Assembly (NCBI GenBank): GCA_963696385.1 | Contig: CAVOKF010000005.1 | Location: 384,001-448,000, forward strand | Reading direction: 5' to 3' | DNA length: 64,000 bases | Origin: an uncultured delta proteobacterium | GTDB lineage: Bacteria; Myxococcota_A; Polyangia; Polyangiales; Polyangiaceae | In this document: in pieces, positions 1 through 9,552 of the stretch | Layout: each line of letters opens with the position of its first letter | How positions within the stretch are numbered: position 1 is the first letter of the stretch | Program-made: the position numbers and the translations under genes | The notes under the pieces: model-generated | The model's database searches: none | Told to the model about the DNA's origin: nothing | Seen by the model: only the letters and a program-made list of their open reading frames with translations

Positions 1-270
1 GACCCAGGCTTGCTCGAGCGGACTCTGCGCCTCGCAGGGATGCGCGTGCTCGATCTCTATGGCGCAGGGTTTCCGTTTTTCAATTTGTACCGCCTGGTCG
101 TAATCGCCCGCGGGACCAAACTAGTGGAAGACGCGACTCGGCCCGCCCGGGGGAGGCCGCCCCTCGCCGCCCTAGCGGCCATGGAGGCGTTCTCGTGGCT
201 CTTCAAGCTCAACCCGCGTCGAACGACTCGAGGCTGGCAGCTGGTGGCGGTGGCCACGCCCCATCCATGA
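1..270 (+). CDS. 3' end of a probable class I SAM-dependent methyltransferase (partial)
   Basis: Frame is open from the window edge (…GAGFPFFNLYRLVV…GWQLVAVA). Its stop overlaps the next ATG (ATGA 267-270). Product is inferred mostly from context. Confidence 0.45.
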   Translation, partial: DPGLLERTLRLAGMRVLDLYGAGFPFFNLYRLVVIARGTKLVEDATRPARGRPPLAALAAMEAFSWLFKLNPRRTTRGWQLVAVATPHP

Positions 271-1124
271 TTCTCCCTCGGGTCTCCTCGGGCGCCCTGC
301 CGCTTGACCTTGGAACGTCGTCGTACGCGTACATCGAGCGTCCCAATCCAGCTATCGTATCGCTTTTATCCAAACATGTCCTCGCGTTCAAGACCCACGC
401 TCGCGTTCTCGATGTCGGGTGCGGATGCGGAGCCAATGCCCGGGCGTTTCACGAGCGCAGTCCTGCCGTCAGCGTCGTCGGCGTCGAGCCGAATCCGCGC
501 GCCGCAGAGCTCGCGCGGTTGGCTTGCGACGAGGTCTTCCACGGCACGATGGAAGAGTGGCGCGCTGCCGCGACGAGGCCTGCACCCTTCGACGCGCTCG
601 TGCTGTCGGACGTGCTCGAGCACATTGTCGATCCCATCGGGTTTATCCGTAGCCTCCAAGCCTTGGAGCCTGTTCGCGACGCCCTATGGATCGTTTCGGT
701 CCCAAACTACGCGGTTTGGTACAATCGCGTCGCGACGGTTCTTGGATTGCAGGAATATCGCTGGTCCGGGCTATGGGATCGCACGCACCTGCGCTTTTTC
801 ACGCGCCGTACCGCGCAGCAGCTTCTCGAGTATTGCGGGCTCTCGATCATCGACGAAGCGTGCACGCCCTCGGTCGTCCAGTCGGCTGCGCCGACGCTCC
901 GCAAATGGTTTGAGGGGGAGCTGCAGCGAGGCGAGCATTTGGCGATGTCGGAATCGCGCGCCTACAAGCTCTATCGCGACTGGGTAGAACCGTTCGAATC
1001 GCGGGTTTGCCAAATCTGGCCCGAGCTTCTCGGCTTTCAACACGTTTGCGCCGCCCGACTCGGAAATCGGGACGGACTCCGAAATCATGCAGACTCAGCG
1101 GGCACCGTCACGTCCGGCGGGTAA
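267..1124 (+). CDS. Class I SAM-dependent methyltransferase (glycan-cluster type)
   Basis: Motifs VLDVGCGCG, GVEPN, FDALVLSDVLEH, VSVPN and THLRFFT. Confidence 0.88.
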   Translation: MILPRVSSGALPLDLGTSSYAYIERPNPAIVSLLSKHVLAFKTHARVLDVGCGCGANARAFHERSPAVSVVGVEPNPRAAELARLACDEVFHGTMEEWRAAATRPAPFDALVLSDVLEHIVDPIGFIRSLQALEPVRDALWIVSVPNYAVWYNRVATVLGLQEYRWSGLWDRTHLRFFTRRTAQQLLEYCGLSIIDEACTPSVVQSAAPTLRKWFEGELQRGEHLAMSESRAYKLYRDWVEPFESRVCQIWPELLGFQHVCAARLGNRDGLRNHADSAGTVTSGG

Positions 1125-1137
1125 CGTCAAGCCGGAC
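1051..1137 (+). repeat. ~87 bp imperfect direct repeat, copy A
   Basis: ccgcccgactcggaaatc…ggactccgaaatcatgc…tccggcgggt…aagccggac matches 2948-3035 with about 14 mismatches and 1 indel (hand alignment). Confidence 0.85.
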
Positions 1138-1198
1138 ATGGCACGAGACGTTCCACGAGATGGCTGCCTGCCTGGCCCGCCGACCGCGAACGAACGCA

Positions 1199-2176
1199 TC
1201 ACTTCGCCTTCTGCCTATCGCCAAAAACTTCCAATTCGCTGAGCGCAAGGAGCGTTCGACCCGCACTGCGCACACGCACGAACCGGGCCCGTTCGTGATT
1301 GAGGTGCACGATCCACCGATCGAATACGGTGTCGCGCCGTGCCACGTCTCGGAACGTCACGCCGTCGACCGAGATTTGAAGGGTAAGCGGCAAGCTGACG
1401 TCGAACCATCCGTCCACTCGGTTGTAGACATCGATGGTCGTGACGCGGTAAACGGCCTGCAGATCGACCGCCAACCAGGGGTCCGTTCCGGTATCGGTCG
1501 CGGCCCCGTAACTCGTTCCAATCTCTCCGTCGACCAGACCACTCATGTCGGGCTTGTTTGGATAAACACTGCTTGCGCTCACTGGCTTGCCATATGCGAG
1601 ATCCGGCCAGTAGACCGCGCTTACGGTCCGATACGTCACGAACGCAATCAAAAGGGCCGTGCCGGCTGCTCGTCCCCATCGGCTCGCACGCACGTGCACG
1701 AGCGTCCGCGCCTCGACACCGGCGGCGAGCTTTGACACCGCCCGTTCGAGCGCGCTTCTCGTTCGTTCGAGTTCTATCCGTTCGAGGCGATCGAAATAGA
1801 GTGGGTGAGAAGTGCCCACAGCATGGCGCACCCGCTCGAGATCGGCCTCCCGGTCGGGGGCGATCGCGTCGGCGCCGGCGCTCACAATGCGACTCGCAAG
1901 CCGGTCCGGCGGTTGGGCTTCGGCCACCGTGCTCGCCACTTCGGCGATGAGCTGGGCCCTTAGATACGCGAGCAAGGCCTCGCGAAAAAGGACACACGCC
2001 GCGACAGGATCCGCCGTCTTGCGCGCCGCACGCCGACGCAAGTCGGCTGCCGCCCGATGCGACGCGACGATCTCGTGCTGCCCAGGCGAGTAGCCGCGAA
2101 TGGTTCGCTCGGCCTCGCGGAGCAAGAAGAACTCGCCGATGGATGAATGATGCGAGAACACCGCGATTAACCTCAA
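1199..2176 (-). CDS. Membrane-anchored discoidin (F5/8 type C, CBM32-like) domain protein
   Basis: Central hydrophobic segment, then LAYGKPVSASS…LVDG…PWLAVDL…VYNRVD…ARFVRV…LALSELEVFG. TTG start is uncertain and overlaps the stop of the upstream GH5 remnant. Confidence 0.78.
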   Translation of the reverse strand: MRLIAVFSHHSSIGEFFLLREAERTIRGYSPGQHEIVASHRAAADLRRRAARKTADPVAACVLFREALLAYLRAQLIAEVASTVAEAQPPDRLASRIVSAGADAIAPDREADLERVRHAVGTSHPLYFDRLERIELERTRSALERAVSKLAAGVEARTLVHVRASRWGRAAGTALLIAFVTYRTVSAVYWPDLAYGKPVSASSVYPNKPDMSGLVDGEIGTSYGAATDTGTDPWLAVDLQAVYRVTTIDVYNRVDGWFDVSLPLTLQISVDGVTFRDVARRDTVFDRWIVHLNHERARFVRVRSAGRTLLALSELEVFGDRQKAK

Positions 2177-2460
2177 GCGAGCCGAGCGGCCTGGAGGTGC
2201 GGAACCGATACGTGGGTCTTGCGATCGAGCGTCTGAAAGCGACCGCCGTCATCGCAGTACGCCCCGCCGAAGCCGCGCGGCCCAGCTGCGACGCGCGTCG
2301 TCTTGGTCCACACGGCCCGCGACCTGGGGTCGCCAACGTCGTCCGCGCCGAATTCACCCATATACACTGGAAGGCCTTTCTTTTCCGCCCAGGAAAGCGC
2401 CACGTCGAGCGGCGCCTCGGGACCGGCCATGAGCTCCTCGTAGTGATGAAACCTCGCCGC
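2173..2460 (-). pseudogene. Internally deleted GH5 glycoside hydrolase remnant
   Basis: FHHYEELMAGPEA is joined directly to LDVA…LPVYMGEFGADDVGDPRSRAVW…DDGGRFQTLDR. Both blocks match the intact GH5 at 4030-5160, with about 160 codons missing including the NEP motif. Confidence 0.85.
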
Positions 2461-2605
2461 GGGAGCGCCCGAAGTCGTGATCAGGTCGGTAGCACGGCGC
2501 GAGGCGTCGAGGAACCGGGCCCGAGCCACAACTTGACGCGTCCCGAAGATCGCTAACGTCGTCCGATCGCGCGGCGGGTGATGCCTGGCCTAGAGTGCCC
2601 TGCCA

Positions 2606-2947
2606 TTGCGGGTATCCTTTCGCCTCATGGCCACGCACTTGGCGACGACCGTGACGTTTGCTCGCGAGCGCTTCGGCGGTGCGTCATTCAATACCGCGCC
2701 GCACTCTCCACCGGTGTTCCAGGACATCGCGCACCAGCAGTCACCGGACAACGCCAAGCGCCTTGTCGTGTCTCGGTGGGATGCCGAACATTATATCGGT
2801 CTCGCGCTACGTGGCTATTCGCAGTGCCCCTGTCGCAAGCCGCTTCCGGACGAAATGCGGAGCGCCGTGTGCGACGCACCGTACATTCGCGGCCGACACC
2901 TGAACCCTCGGAGAGGCCCTCCGAGCTCTCATCTCAGCGTCGCCACA
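2606..2947 (+). pseudogene. Truncated N-terminal fragment of a GT-C (PIG-V-like) mannosyltransferase
   Basis: LVVSRWDAEHYIGLALRGY resembles the WD..(H/Y)…GY loop of PIG-V-like transferases. No transmembrane body follows and the frame runs into the repeat. Confidence 0.5.
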
Positions 2948-3035
2948 CCGCCCGATTCGGAAATCAAGAGGGACTCCGAAATCATGCGGATTCACCGGGG
3001 TCCGCCATCTCCGGCGGGTGGCGTCCAAGCCGGAC
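2948..3035 (+). repeat. ~87 bp imperfect direct repeat, copy B
   Basis: Matches 1051-1137 and overlaps the 3' end of the GT2 gene on the minus strand. Confidence 0.85.
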
Positions 3036-3813
3036 CGGACGCCCGGTTGTAGTGCCCCAACAAGCCTCGGAGTCTGACCCGAACGAGGTCCACCGGGTCG
3101 GTCATCGATGCGCGGAGTACGCGGATCTTGGACGGGCGGCGTTCTTCGTTCTGCACTACCGGGACGCGTCGGATGCAAGCGCCGAGGCGGATCGACGCGT
3201 AGAGGTACTCGATGTCGTACATGCCGCCGGAGACGATCTGCCGGCCCGCAAGTTCGCGGATGAGGGGGCCGCGGAAGGCTTTGAACCCGCATTGGGTATC
3301 GTAGAAGCGATTGGATCCGAAGACGATCGCGCGCTGCGCAGCAAAAAGGGCGCGAGAGAGAAGATAGCGCGCCGGTTCAGCCAGATTGCGGGTTAATGGG
3401 CGCTCGCCGATGACGACGTCGAACCCTTGGTCGTCGATGACGGACAAGAACCCCTCGATGTGCTTGAGCGGTACGGGCAGATCGGCGTCCATTGTGAAGA
3501 CCACCGAACCGCTCGCGGCGAGCGCTCCGATCCGGACGGCGTCGCCCTTTCCACGATGGCGACCGTCGATGGGTCGGATGGTGATCCGCTCTCCGTAAAT
3601 TCGTCGGCATCTTTCGGCGTACCGCCGGATGGCCACCTTGTAGGCCTCTCCGCTGTCGTCGACGAGCAGGATCTCGAAGCGATCACGGGGCAGCCCGGAC
3701 AGATGCGACGTCAGCAGGTCGAGACTGTCCGCGATCTCGGTCTCTTCGAGCGTCGGAATGACGAAAGACACGAGCCGCATGGAATGTGCCGATTCGTTAG
3801 GCGGTCGGCTCAT
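2992..3813 (-). CDS. GT2 glycosyltransferase (polyprenol/dolichyl-phosphate hexose synthase-like)
   Basis: SFVIP, EILLVDDS, GKGDAVRIG, FTMDADL, DTQCGFKAF, DIEYL. Start is 3813 or 3780; the longer ORF call is antisense to GH5. Confidence 0.88.
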   Translation of the reverse strand: MSRPPNESAHSMRLVSFVIPTLEETEIADSLDLLTSHLSGLPRDRFEILLVDDSGEAYKVAIRRYAERCRRIYGERITIRPIDGRHRGKGDAVRIGALAASGSVVFTMDADLPVPLKHIEGFLSVIDDQGFDVVIGERPLTRNLAEPARYLLSRALFAAQRAIVFGSNRFYDTQCGFKAFRGPLIRELAGRQIVSGGMYDIEYLYASIRLGACIRRVPVVQNEERRPSKIRVLRASMTDPVDLVRVRLRGLLGHYNRASGPAWTPPAGDGGPR

Positions 3814-4029
3814 GCAGATGCATCGTCCGAAAGACGCGGAAAGGGAACGCGAAGACGTGGAACGCGAACTGCTGGCGTCGCAATGGGCGAAGTGGCCATA
3901 CCGGGGTCGGACAAGGGGCGCCACCTCGGGCCGTTGAATTGTCGTGTCGTGGGCGACCCCGAGTCCTGGTTCCAGTGGCAACGGACCGTTTCGTTCTCGA
4001 AGAGGTTCGCGATATCGTCGCCGACGCCC

Positions 4030-5160
4030 ATGAAGGTTGCGATGACCGGGATGGTCTCCGTCCTCGCGCTCTGCGCCGCGGCATGCACCCCTACGGCGAA
4101 CGCTGCAACCCCGGTCGTTGCGTCGTCGCCGAACAGGGGTTCCGACATCCGGTTGAATCGGGGGATGAACCTCGGCGATGCTCTCGACGCGCCGAGCGAA
4201 GGAGCCTGGGGCGTGAGGCTGAGCGCGAGCGACTTTCCCGCCGTGAAACAGGCTGGCTTCGATCACGTGCGTCTGCCCATCCGATTCAACGCGCACGCAG
4301 CAGCCACGGCCCCGTACGCCGTGCAGCCGCAATTCTTCGAGCGCGTCGATTGGGCCGTTCGCCAAGCCCTCGACTCCGGACTCGGGATCGTCCTCGACTT
4401 TCACCACTACGAAGAACTCATGGCGGACCCGGAAGCACACCGCGAACGGTTTCTCGGGATCTGGCGCCAGATCGCGGACCGCTTCAAGGACCAGCCCGGC
4501 ACGGTCGCGTTCGAGCTCTTGAACGAACCGTGTGATGCCCTCGTGGCTTCCGTTTGGAACGAGATCCTCGCGGATGCGCTCAAGATCGTTCGGGCAACCA
4601 ACCCGACCCGCACGGTGGTCGTCGAGGGCGTGTTCTGGGCGTCGGCGAAGAACCTTCGAGACACGCTCGTCGTCCCCGAGGGCGATCCGAACCTCGTCGG
4701 CAGCTTCCACATGTATCAACCGATGCTGTTCACACACCAAGGCGCCGGCTGGATGCCGGGCGAGTACCAGACCCACGGCGTGGTGTTTCCCGGTCCGCCG
4801 GAGACGCCGATCGTACCTGTCCCGGCGGCAAGCGCCGTCGACTGGGTTCGGAGGTGGTTCGACCGGTACAATCGAGAGCCCGCCGAGACGAACCCGTGCA
4901 ATAAGGGCACGATTATCGATCAACTCGACATGGCCCGCACGTGGGGTAACCGCCATCACCTGCCGGTTTACATGGGTGAATTCGGTGCCGACGACGTCGG
5001 CGACCCGAAGTCTCGCGCCGCGTGGACCCGGGCTACGCGCGTGGAGGCGGAGCGACGCGGCTTCGGGTGGGCTTATTGGGACGACGGCGGGCACTTTCAA
5101 GTCCTTGACCGAGGGACTGGACAGTGGGCCCCGTCCTTGAGGGCGGCGCTGCTGGACTGA
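4030..5160 (+). CDS. GH5 endoglucanase-like glycoside hydrolase, probable lipoprotein
   Basis: RGMNLG, GFDHVRLPI, LDFHH, FELLNEP (acid/base), SFHMY, YMGEFG (nucleophile), WAYWD. Signal peptide ends in AAAC. Confidence 0.92.
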   Translation: MKVAMTGMVSVLALCAAACTPTANAATPVVASSPNRGSDIRLNRGMNLGDALDAPSEGAWGVRLSASDFPAVKQAGFDHVRLPIRFNAHAAATAPYAVQPQFFERVDWAVRQALDSGLGIVLDFHHYEELMADPEAHRERFLGIWRQIADRFKDQPGTVAFELLNEPCDALVASVWNEILADALKIVRATNPTRTVVVEGVFWASAKNLRDTLVVPEGDPNLVGSFHMYQPMLFTHQGAGWMPGEYQTHGVVFPGPPETPIVPVPAASAVDWVRRWFDRYNREPAETNPCNKGTIIDQLDMARTWGNRHHLPVYMGEFGADDVGDPKSRAAWTRATRVEAERRGFGWAYWDDGGHFQVLDRGTGQWAPSLRAALLD

Positions 5161-5238
5161 AGCGTCGCGCGCGCCGGAGGCTCCCGATGATGCGCTCACG
5201 CCCGAAGCACTCGGAGGCCTCAGCGGCGCCCTCGTCGC

Positions 5239-5357
5239 GATCCAGTCGCGGAGGACACCGATCGTATGCGCAGAGCCATCCGCTCGCGGATCCTCTATTT
5301 CTCGACAGACTCGACCGCGTCGTCCTCAGTGAGATTCAGGTTTTCGGGGGCCAGTGA
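5239..5357 (+). pseudogene. Frameshifted, internally deleted remnant of a discoidin-domain gene
   Basis: EDTDRMRRAIRS/ADPLFLDRLDR matches ADLERVRHAVGTSHPLYFDRLER, then jumps to VLSEIQVFG, matching ALSELEVFG of the 1199-2176 protein. Confidence 0.65.
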
Positions 5358-5366
5358 CGCTGCCGA

Positions 5367-7592
5367 TCAACGCAGGGTCGCAAGGTTCGTGACGGGGTGG
5401 TGATCGAGTCGCTGCTGGCTGTTGCTCCAGACGCCCCAGTAGCGCTCGACGCCGATGCGATGGTTGAGCACGACGTCGATCTCGTACAGAAATCCCGCGC
5501 GCCAAAGCTTGGTCGGAATGCGGGGCGGGAAAGCCATGTCCCGGTCGACGGGGTCCACGGGAATGAGACTGAACGGCGCACGCGCCTCGATCGTGGAGCG
5601 AACCCTGAATATCGAGTCGGGGTTGATCGCGCCACCCGCGAGGAACAAGATCTCGATCTGGGGGTGTACGCCGTGCGTCACTCGAACGCCAATGAGTTGA
5701 AGTCCTCGGTCGAAGTCGGCGGCGACCGATCGATCCAGTTGAGCGTCGATTTTTGCGCGTAGCTCCCGCACACGCGCGGTGGCACCCGTGTACACCGCGA
5801 CGTTGTGCAGGATGCGTAGATTCTGGAGACTGGACTCGTTGCCGGAGGTCGGCGCCGGGCTCGGCTGCCCGAGGTGTACGCGCCACTCCCAGGTTTGAAG
5901 TGGATCGATACCGCCGATCTCGCGCACCGGTTCCCAACCTCCAAATACGAGCCATTCGAACGGGTTGGGTTCCCTCTCTTCGTAGTGAAACGCGTCGATC
6001 GGCGCGGGCGGTCGGCGTTGGTCCACCACCCAAATGTCGCCGTAAGCTTGAACATGCGCCTCGCCCGCTATGCGGGTTTGTTCGCCCGAGACGAGCCCGG
6101 ACGCCCGTCCAATCCAATACGGGTGAGTCGTCGTCGATGGCTGACTCGCAGCCGGGTCCGTGACGGGTCGCTGCTCCCCGTGCCACGTCCAAGTGTGTTC
6201 CCAATACCAGCTGATCGACGGGCTTACATCGAGAACCCAGTCGGGCCGCTTGGAAGGCACGAGCAGGTGCTTGATGACGAAGAGGAGGTCGATGTCGCTT
6301 CGGATCCGAGCTCCGTTGTCGTCGTAACGACCTCCCGTCCGGCGCCAAACGAGAAGAGCTTGAGCAGCGTTCGGTGCCATGGCGAGCGACGGCAAGATCC
6401 CCAAGACCAGAGCTGCGCATGCGCCGATCGTTCTTGCCCGTGACGGACTGGTGAGGAAGCGGCACCCCCTCTGCGTCATACTGCCGACAGTGGCCGAAAG
6501 CTGCGCCATGCCGAGGGCGAAGTACTCCGCGAATTGATGCGGCCAGAACACGTGAACATCGGCGCCGCCCTTGAAAGCGACGTACTGCGCGGTCGCGCCG
6601 AGCAAGACCGACAGCGAGTAGGCTTCTTCGTCGCGGCGGAAAAGAAGAAGCCGCACGAAAACGACCGGCACCGCCATCTTGCCGAGGCCGATGGCAAGCG
6701 GGGTGAAGCTGAAGTCGATCCAATTCTTGCGGGCCTCGAGAGCGGCTTTGAGGGAAGCTATGCCGCCGCCGCCTCGCAGGTCTCCCGCGGCCAACCAATC
6801 GCCGATCTTGTCGGCCCGTTGGAACAGCCCAACCCACAAGAGGAATGTGCACACAGCGATGACCGCCGATAGCGCCCACCAACGAGCATAGGTTTTGAAA
6901 TCGAAGTGCGGAGTCCATCGCGTCGGAAATACGAACGCCCGAAGAAAGCTCCAACCGAGAAGCGGTGCGACCAAGCAGTAGCCGGACCAATCGGCGGAGC
7001 ACGCGATGGAAAGCCCCACGAGACTAGCGACTTCGAACCGAGTCCTTCGGGTGGCCTGGTGGACCGAATGGCCCCAAAAAAAAAGGAGAGAGCCGAAAAT
7101 GCCCGGCGTCTCGAGGGCATTGAGAGTCGTGAACCCGACCGCGATCGGAACGACGACATAGGCGAACGTCGCCACGGCACCCACGACCGGGCCCCCCAAT
7201 TGTCGGCCAATGCCGTATAGCAAAGGTGGGATCCCGATGCTCATCAGGATCGCCGGCAGATGCACGACGAAGTCGTGCTCGCCAAATATCCATAGAAGCA
7301 GTGCGGTAGCGTAAAAGCAACCGAACGGGTGGTGGCAGTAGTATGCGCTGGGAGGAGGGCATGTCCCTTGGAACGCGTATCCGGCGGGGTAGAGCATCTT
7401 GAACCGCACGATCGCCGCGGAGAAGCAGGCCGTGGCCGCGCTGCCCGAGTCCGAGTGACCATTTCCGGGGATCTGAAACATTCCCCACGCTGCGGAGAAG
7501 GCGAACCAGACACAGGCGATCAATGCGATGACCCTCGCAGCCCGATCGACGGTTGATCGATCGATGCCCGGGCCTGTCACGCTCGAAGCCAT
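5367..7592 (-). CDS. ArnT/PMT-like (GT-C) integral membrane glycosyltransferase
   Basis: Many transmembrane segments, YYCHHPFG loop, long soluble C-terminal domain, near a GT2 gene. Confidence 0.72.
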   Translation of the reverse strand: MASSVTGPGIDRSTVDRAARVIALIACVWFAFSAAWGMFQIPGNGHSDSGSAATACFSAAIVRFKMLYPAGYAFQGTCPPPSAYYCHHPFGCFYATALLLWIFGEHDFVVHLPAILMSIGIPPLLYGIGRQLGGPVVGAVATFAYVVVPIAVGFTTLNALETPGIFGSLLFFWGHSVHQATRRTRFEVASLVGLSIACSADWSGYCLVAPLLGWSFLRAFVFPTRWTPHFDFKTYARWWALSAVIAVCTFLLWVGLFQRADKIGDWLAAGDLRGGGGIASLKAALEARKNWIDFSFTPLAIGLGKMAVPVVFVRLLLFRRDEEAYSLSVLLGATAQYVAFKGGADVHVFWPHQFAEYFALGMAQLSATVGSMTQRGCRFLTSPSRARTIGACAALVLGILPSLAMAPNAAQALLVWRRTGGRYDDNGARIRSDIDLLFVIKHLLVPSKRPDWVLDVSPSISWYWEHTWTWHGEQRPVTDPAASQPSTTTHPYWIGRASGLVSGEQTRIAGEAHVQAYGDIWVVDQRRPPAPIDAFHYEEREPNPFEWLVFGGWEPVREIGGIDPLQTWEWRVHLGQPSPAPTSGNESSLQNLRILHNVAVYTGATARVRELRAKIDAQLDRSVAADFDRGLQLIGVRVTHGVHPQIEILFLAGGAINPDSIFRVRSTIEARAPFSLIPVDPVDRDMAFPPRIPTKLWRAGFLYEIDVVLNHRIGVERYWGVWSNSQQRLDHHPVTNLATLR

Positions 7593-7770
7593 CGCGGCGG
7601 CACGCTAGCACGGTACCCAGGAGCTGCGCGACGGGCGATGCCCGCCGCTCGTCGGCCGACAGGACTCGGAGGGGCGTGGTGTCGGGCCGGGATGTCTATA
7701 GGATCAGTCTTCGACTCACCCCTGCATGGTCGGCAAGCGGATTCGCGTCAGCGCGGTAAGAGCTGGCTCG

Positions 7771-8169
7771 TCAATGCGCCGACGCTTGCTCGTGGGCCTC
7801 GTACGCCCGAGCGTCCATCAGCCGATCGATCTCCTTTGGATCGCTCGGTGCGATCACGATCATCCATGCCGCGCCGTAGCAGTCCTCGTTGACGAGTTCC
7901 GGCTTTGTCGCGAGCGCTTGGTTGATTCGGATGACCCTGCCCGCGACCGGCGCGTAGAGATCGCTGAGCGTCTTCACGCTTTCGATCGTTCCGAACGGCT
8001 TGCCTGTGCCGACATCGTCGCCCACCTTGACGTCGAAGTGGACGAGTGTCACGTCGCCCAGTTGCTCCACGGCAAACGCCGTGATTCCCACCGTAACCTC
8101 GCCGCCTTGCGCGAGCGTCCACTCGTGTTCTCGGGTGTACCGAAGGTTGGCCGGCGCAGACTGGCTCAT
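7771..8169 (-). CDS. gcvH: Glycine cleavage system H protein
   Basis: LRYTREHEW, VGITAFAVEQLGDV, IESVKTLSDLYAPV (lipoyl Lys). Confidence 0.96.
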   Translation of the reverse strand: MSQSAPANLRYTREHEWTLAQGGEVTVGITAFAVEQLGDVTLVHFDVKVGDDVGTGKPFGTIESVKTLSDLYAPVAGRVIRINQALATKPELVNEDCYGAAWMIVIAPSDPKEIDRLMDARAYEAHEQASAH

Positions 8170-9290
8170 CGATTCGCTCCTGATCTTGGCCGCTTGTAGA
8201 AGGGGGTCCGGACCACGACGGCCTCGACGTGCCTGCCGCGGCAATCGACGAAGAACTCCGTCCCTGGCTCCGACAATTCTGTCGGCACATAGCCGAGCCC
8301 GATGTTCTTGCCAACGGTCGGCGCCGGACCGCCGCTCGTGCAAACGCCGACCGGTCTCTTCTGCGTGTCGAGCAGCGCGTAACCGTGACGTGCGATCCCG
8401 CGTCCGACCATCTCGAAGCCGACGAGTTTCCGGGCGAGGCGCCCGAGACGCACGCCTTCGAGGGCGGATTTACCGATGAAGTCCGCCTTGTCGAAGCGGA
8501 CGACCCAACCCAGGCCCGCCTCGAGAGGGTTGGTCGATTCGTCGATGTCGTTTCCATAGAGCGAGAGCCGAGCCTCGAGCCGGAGCGTGTCGCGTGCCCC
8601 CAGTCCGGCAGGCTTGATGTGAAAGGGTGCGCCCGCCTCGATGAGCGCGCGCCAAAGGCGAGGAGCGTCGTCCCACGCACTAAAAATTTCGACGCCGTCC
8701 TCGCCCGTATACCCGGTGCGTGCCGCAGTGCAGCGGACGCCCGCGAGAGTCGCATCGCAGAAGTGAAAACTCTTCAACGCCGATAAGCGAGCTCCATCCT
8801 CGCCCAGCCGGCCGAGCGTGTCGAATGCGCGAGGCCCCTGCAGGGCAAGGAGGGCGGTGGTGTCGCTCCGATCGTCGAACTCGCAGTGGTTCTCGGCGGC
8901 GCGCGCGAAATGAGCGCTCATCTTCTCGCGGTTCGATCCGTTGCAGACGACGAGCCAATCGCCCTCTGCACGCCGGTACACGATGAGATCGTCGAGGATC
9001 GTTCCCGTCTCGTTGCACGCGCACGTGTACATCGCCTGGCCATCGAGCATCTTCCTCGCGTCGCCCGTCACGAGGTAGTCGACGACATGGGTGGAATATT
9101 CGCCGCGAAGGTGAAGCTCGCCCATGTGGCTCACGTCGAATAGACCTGCAGCGCGTCGCACCGCGTTGTGTTCGTCGACGATGCCCGTGTATTGAACGGG
9201 CATCTCCCACCCCGCAAAGGGCACGAGACGGGCGCCGAGCGCGACGTGTTCCGAGTAGAGCGACGTCCGGCGCAGGGGGGAGCCGTTCAC
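8166..9290 (-). CDS. gcvT: Glycine cleavage aminomethyltransferase T
   Basis: FAGWEMPVQY, LFDVSHMGE, RTGYTGEDG, GLGARDTLRLEA. Confidence 0.97.
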   Translation of the reverse strand: MNGSPLRRTSLYSEHVALGARLVPFAGWEMPVQYTGIVDEHNAVRRAAGLFDVSHMGELHLRGEYSTHVVDYLVTGDARKMLDGQAMYTCACNETGTILDDLIVYRRAEGDWLVVCNGSNREKMSAHFARAAENHCEFDDRSDTTALLALQGPRAFDTLGRLGEDGARLSALKSFHFCDATLAGVRCTAARTGYTGEDGVEIFSAWDDAPRLWRALIEAGAPFHIKPAGLGARDTLRLEARLSLYGNDIDESTNPLEAGLGWVVRFDKADFIGKSALEGVRLGRLARKLVGFEMVGRGIARHGYALLDTQKRPVGVCTSGGPAPTVGKNIGLGYVPTELSEPGTEFFVDCRGRHVEAVVVRTPFYKRPRSGANR

Positions 9291-9552
9291 ACGAGGCAGC
9301 CTAGAGGAGGTGCGCGCCCGACGCTACCGCGTCGTCTCCGATCCTCCAAGGCCGCCGCGACAAGGCGGCACACCGCGACACTCCCCACGTGAACGAACAG
9401 TGCGTGAGCCGACCAGGCGGGCGAGCGCACGACGAGGGCGCCTGTTCCCCCCCGCGAGTCGTTGCACGCGTTTTGCGCCGTCACGGCGATGCGGAGGAGG
9501 GCACAAAGTGCCCGCAGGACAAGCCCAGGAGCAAGCGCCGAGTCGGGGCGGG

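Noticed and set aside
1051..3035. Direct repeat pair as a diversity-generating retroelement TR/VR
   Set aside because: Mismatches involve all four bases rather than adenines only, and no reverse transcriptase is in the window.
3814..5199. 735-aa ORF suggesting a long N-terminal fusion on the GT2
   Set aside because: The extension is the antisense shadow of GH5; GT2 homology begins only near 3780.
9291..9552. Glycine riboswitch or small gene between gcvP and gcvT
   Set aside because: No GGAGA/CCGAAG/CUCUCAGG-type aptamer elements, no convincing ORF, and gcvT has its own -10-like box.
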